The notes under the pieces are model-generated. The model did no database searches. It was not told the origin of the DNA and saw nothing but the letters and a program-made list of their open reading frames with translations. Shown in pieces: positions 63,815 to 64,000 of a stretch of 64,000 nt of DNA (its first letter is position 1; each line of letters opens with the position of its first letter). Made by a program: the position numbers and the translations under genes. Source of the stretch: Phycisphaeraceae bacterium. GTDB taxonomy: Bacteria > Planctomycetota > Phycisphaerae > Phycisphaerales > Phycisphaeraceae. The stretch is taken from the NCBI GenBank assembly GCA_963674705.1, contig OY771506.1:3744001-3808000 (forward strand). Reading direction: 5' to 3'.

Positions 63815-63873
63815 GTGAATGTATGTACCCAGGAAGCCCATGTTCGTCGAACATGGGCTTTGAGATACATGTA

Positions 63874-64000
63874 ATGCCCACAACATTTACCAACGCGATC
63901 CTCGTTCAACTCGACCCGCCCATGGTCGAACGAGGTGATTTGCGTGTTGCAGATGGCAAAATCACGGGCGTTGGTACTGATGTATCACAAGAACCCAGTG
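63874..64000 (+). CDS. 5' end of an amidohydrolase (SsnA-like), truncated by the window edge
   Basis: MPTTFTNAILVQLDPPMVERGDLRVADGKITGVG is a typical amidohydrolase N-terminal beta-sandwich; ygfK context. Confidence 0.6.
   Translation, partial: MPTTFTNAILVQLDPPMVERGDLRVADGKITGVGTDVSQEPS

Overview
A GC-rich bacterial chromosomal window, almost certainly from a planctomycete and most likely Phycisphaerae. The taxonomy rests on the PVC-superphylum signature small basic protein, six PEP-CTERM proteins (four with dockerin-like tails) and a DUF1559-type prepilin. Housekeeping genes (alaC-like aminotransferase, Nif3, rpsR, GSIII, acnA, pheA, mscS, alaS, mqnE, acpS, birA, nadC, speA) alternate with accessory surface-protein loci. 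At the right end begins a ygfK/ssnA-type purine-catabolism cluster whose YgfK lacks its FAD/NADPH module. The most unusual signals are at DNA level. (1) A fixed 10-mer, ACTTCCGGGG, appears to have been inserted at three unrelated sites: inside a REP copy, in-frame in ygfK, and as a polarised tandem array. (2) alaS carries an AT-rich in-frame module of about 70-80 aa. (3) A 1-kb gene cassette is bounded by a 30-bp REP-containing direct repeat. (4) Several REP/REPIN, nested inverted-repeat and heptamer-repeat families occur, some invading coding sequences. (5) A multi-stem, terminator-containing leader precedes a PEP-CTERM gene. No rRNA, tRNA, CRISPR array, transposase or integrase was recognised. 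All family assignments come from motif recognition by eye, not from database searches.
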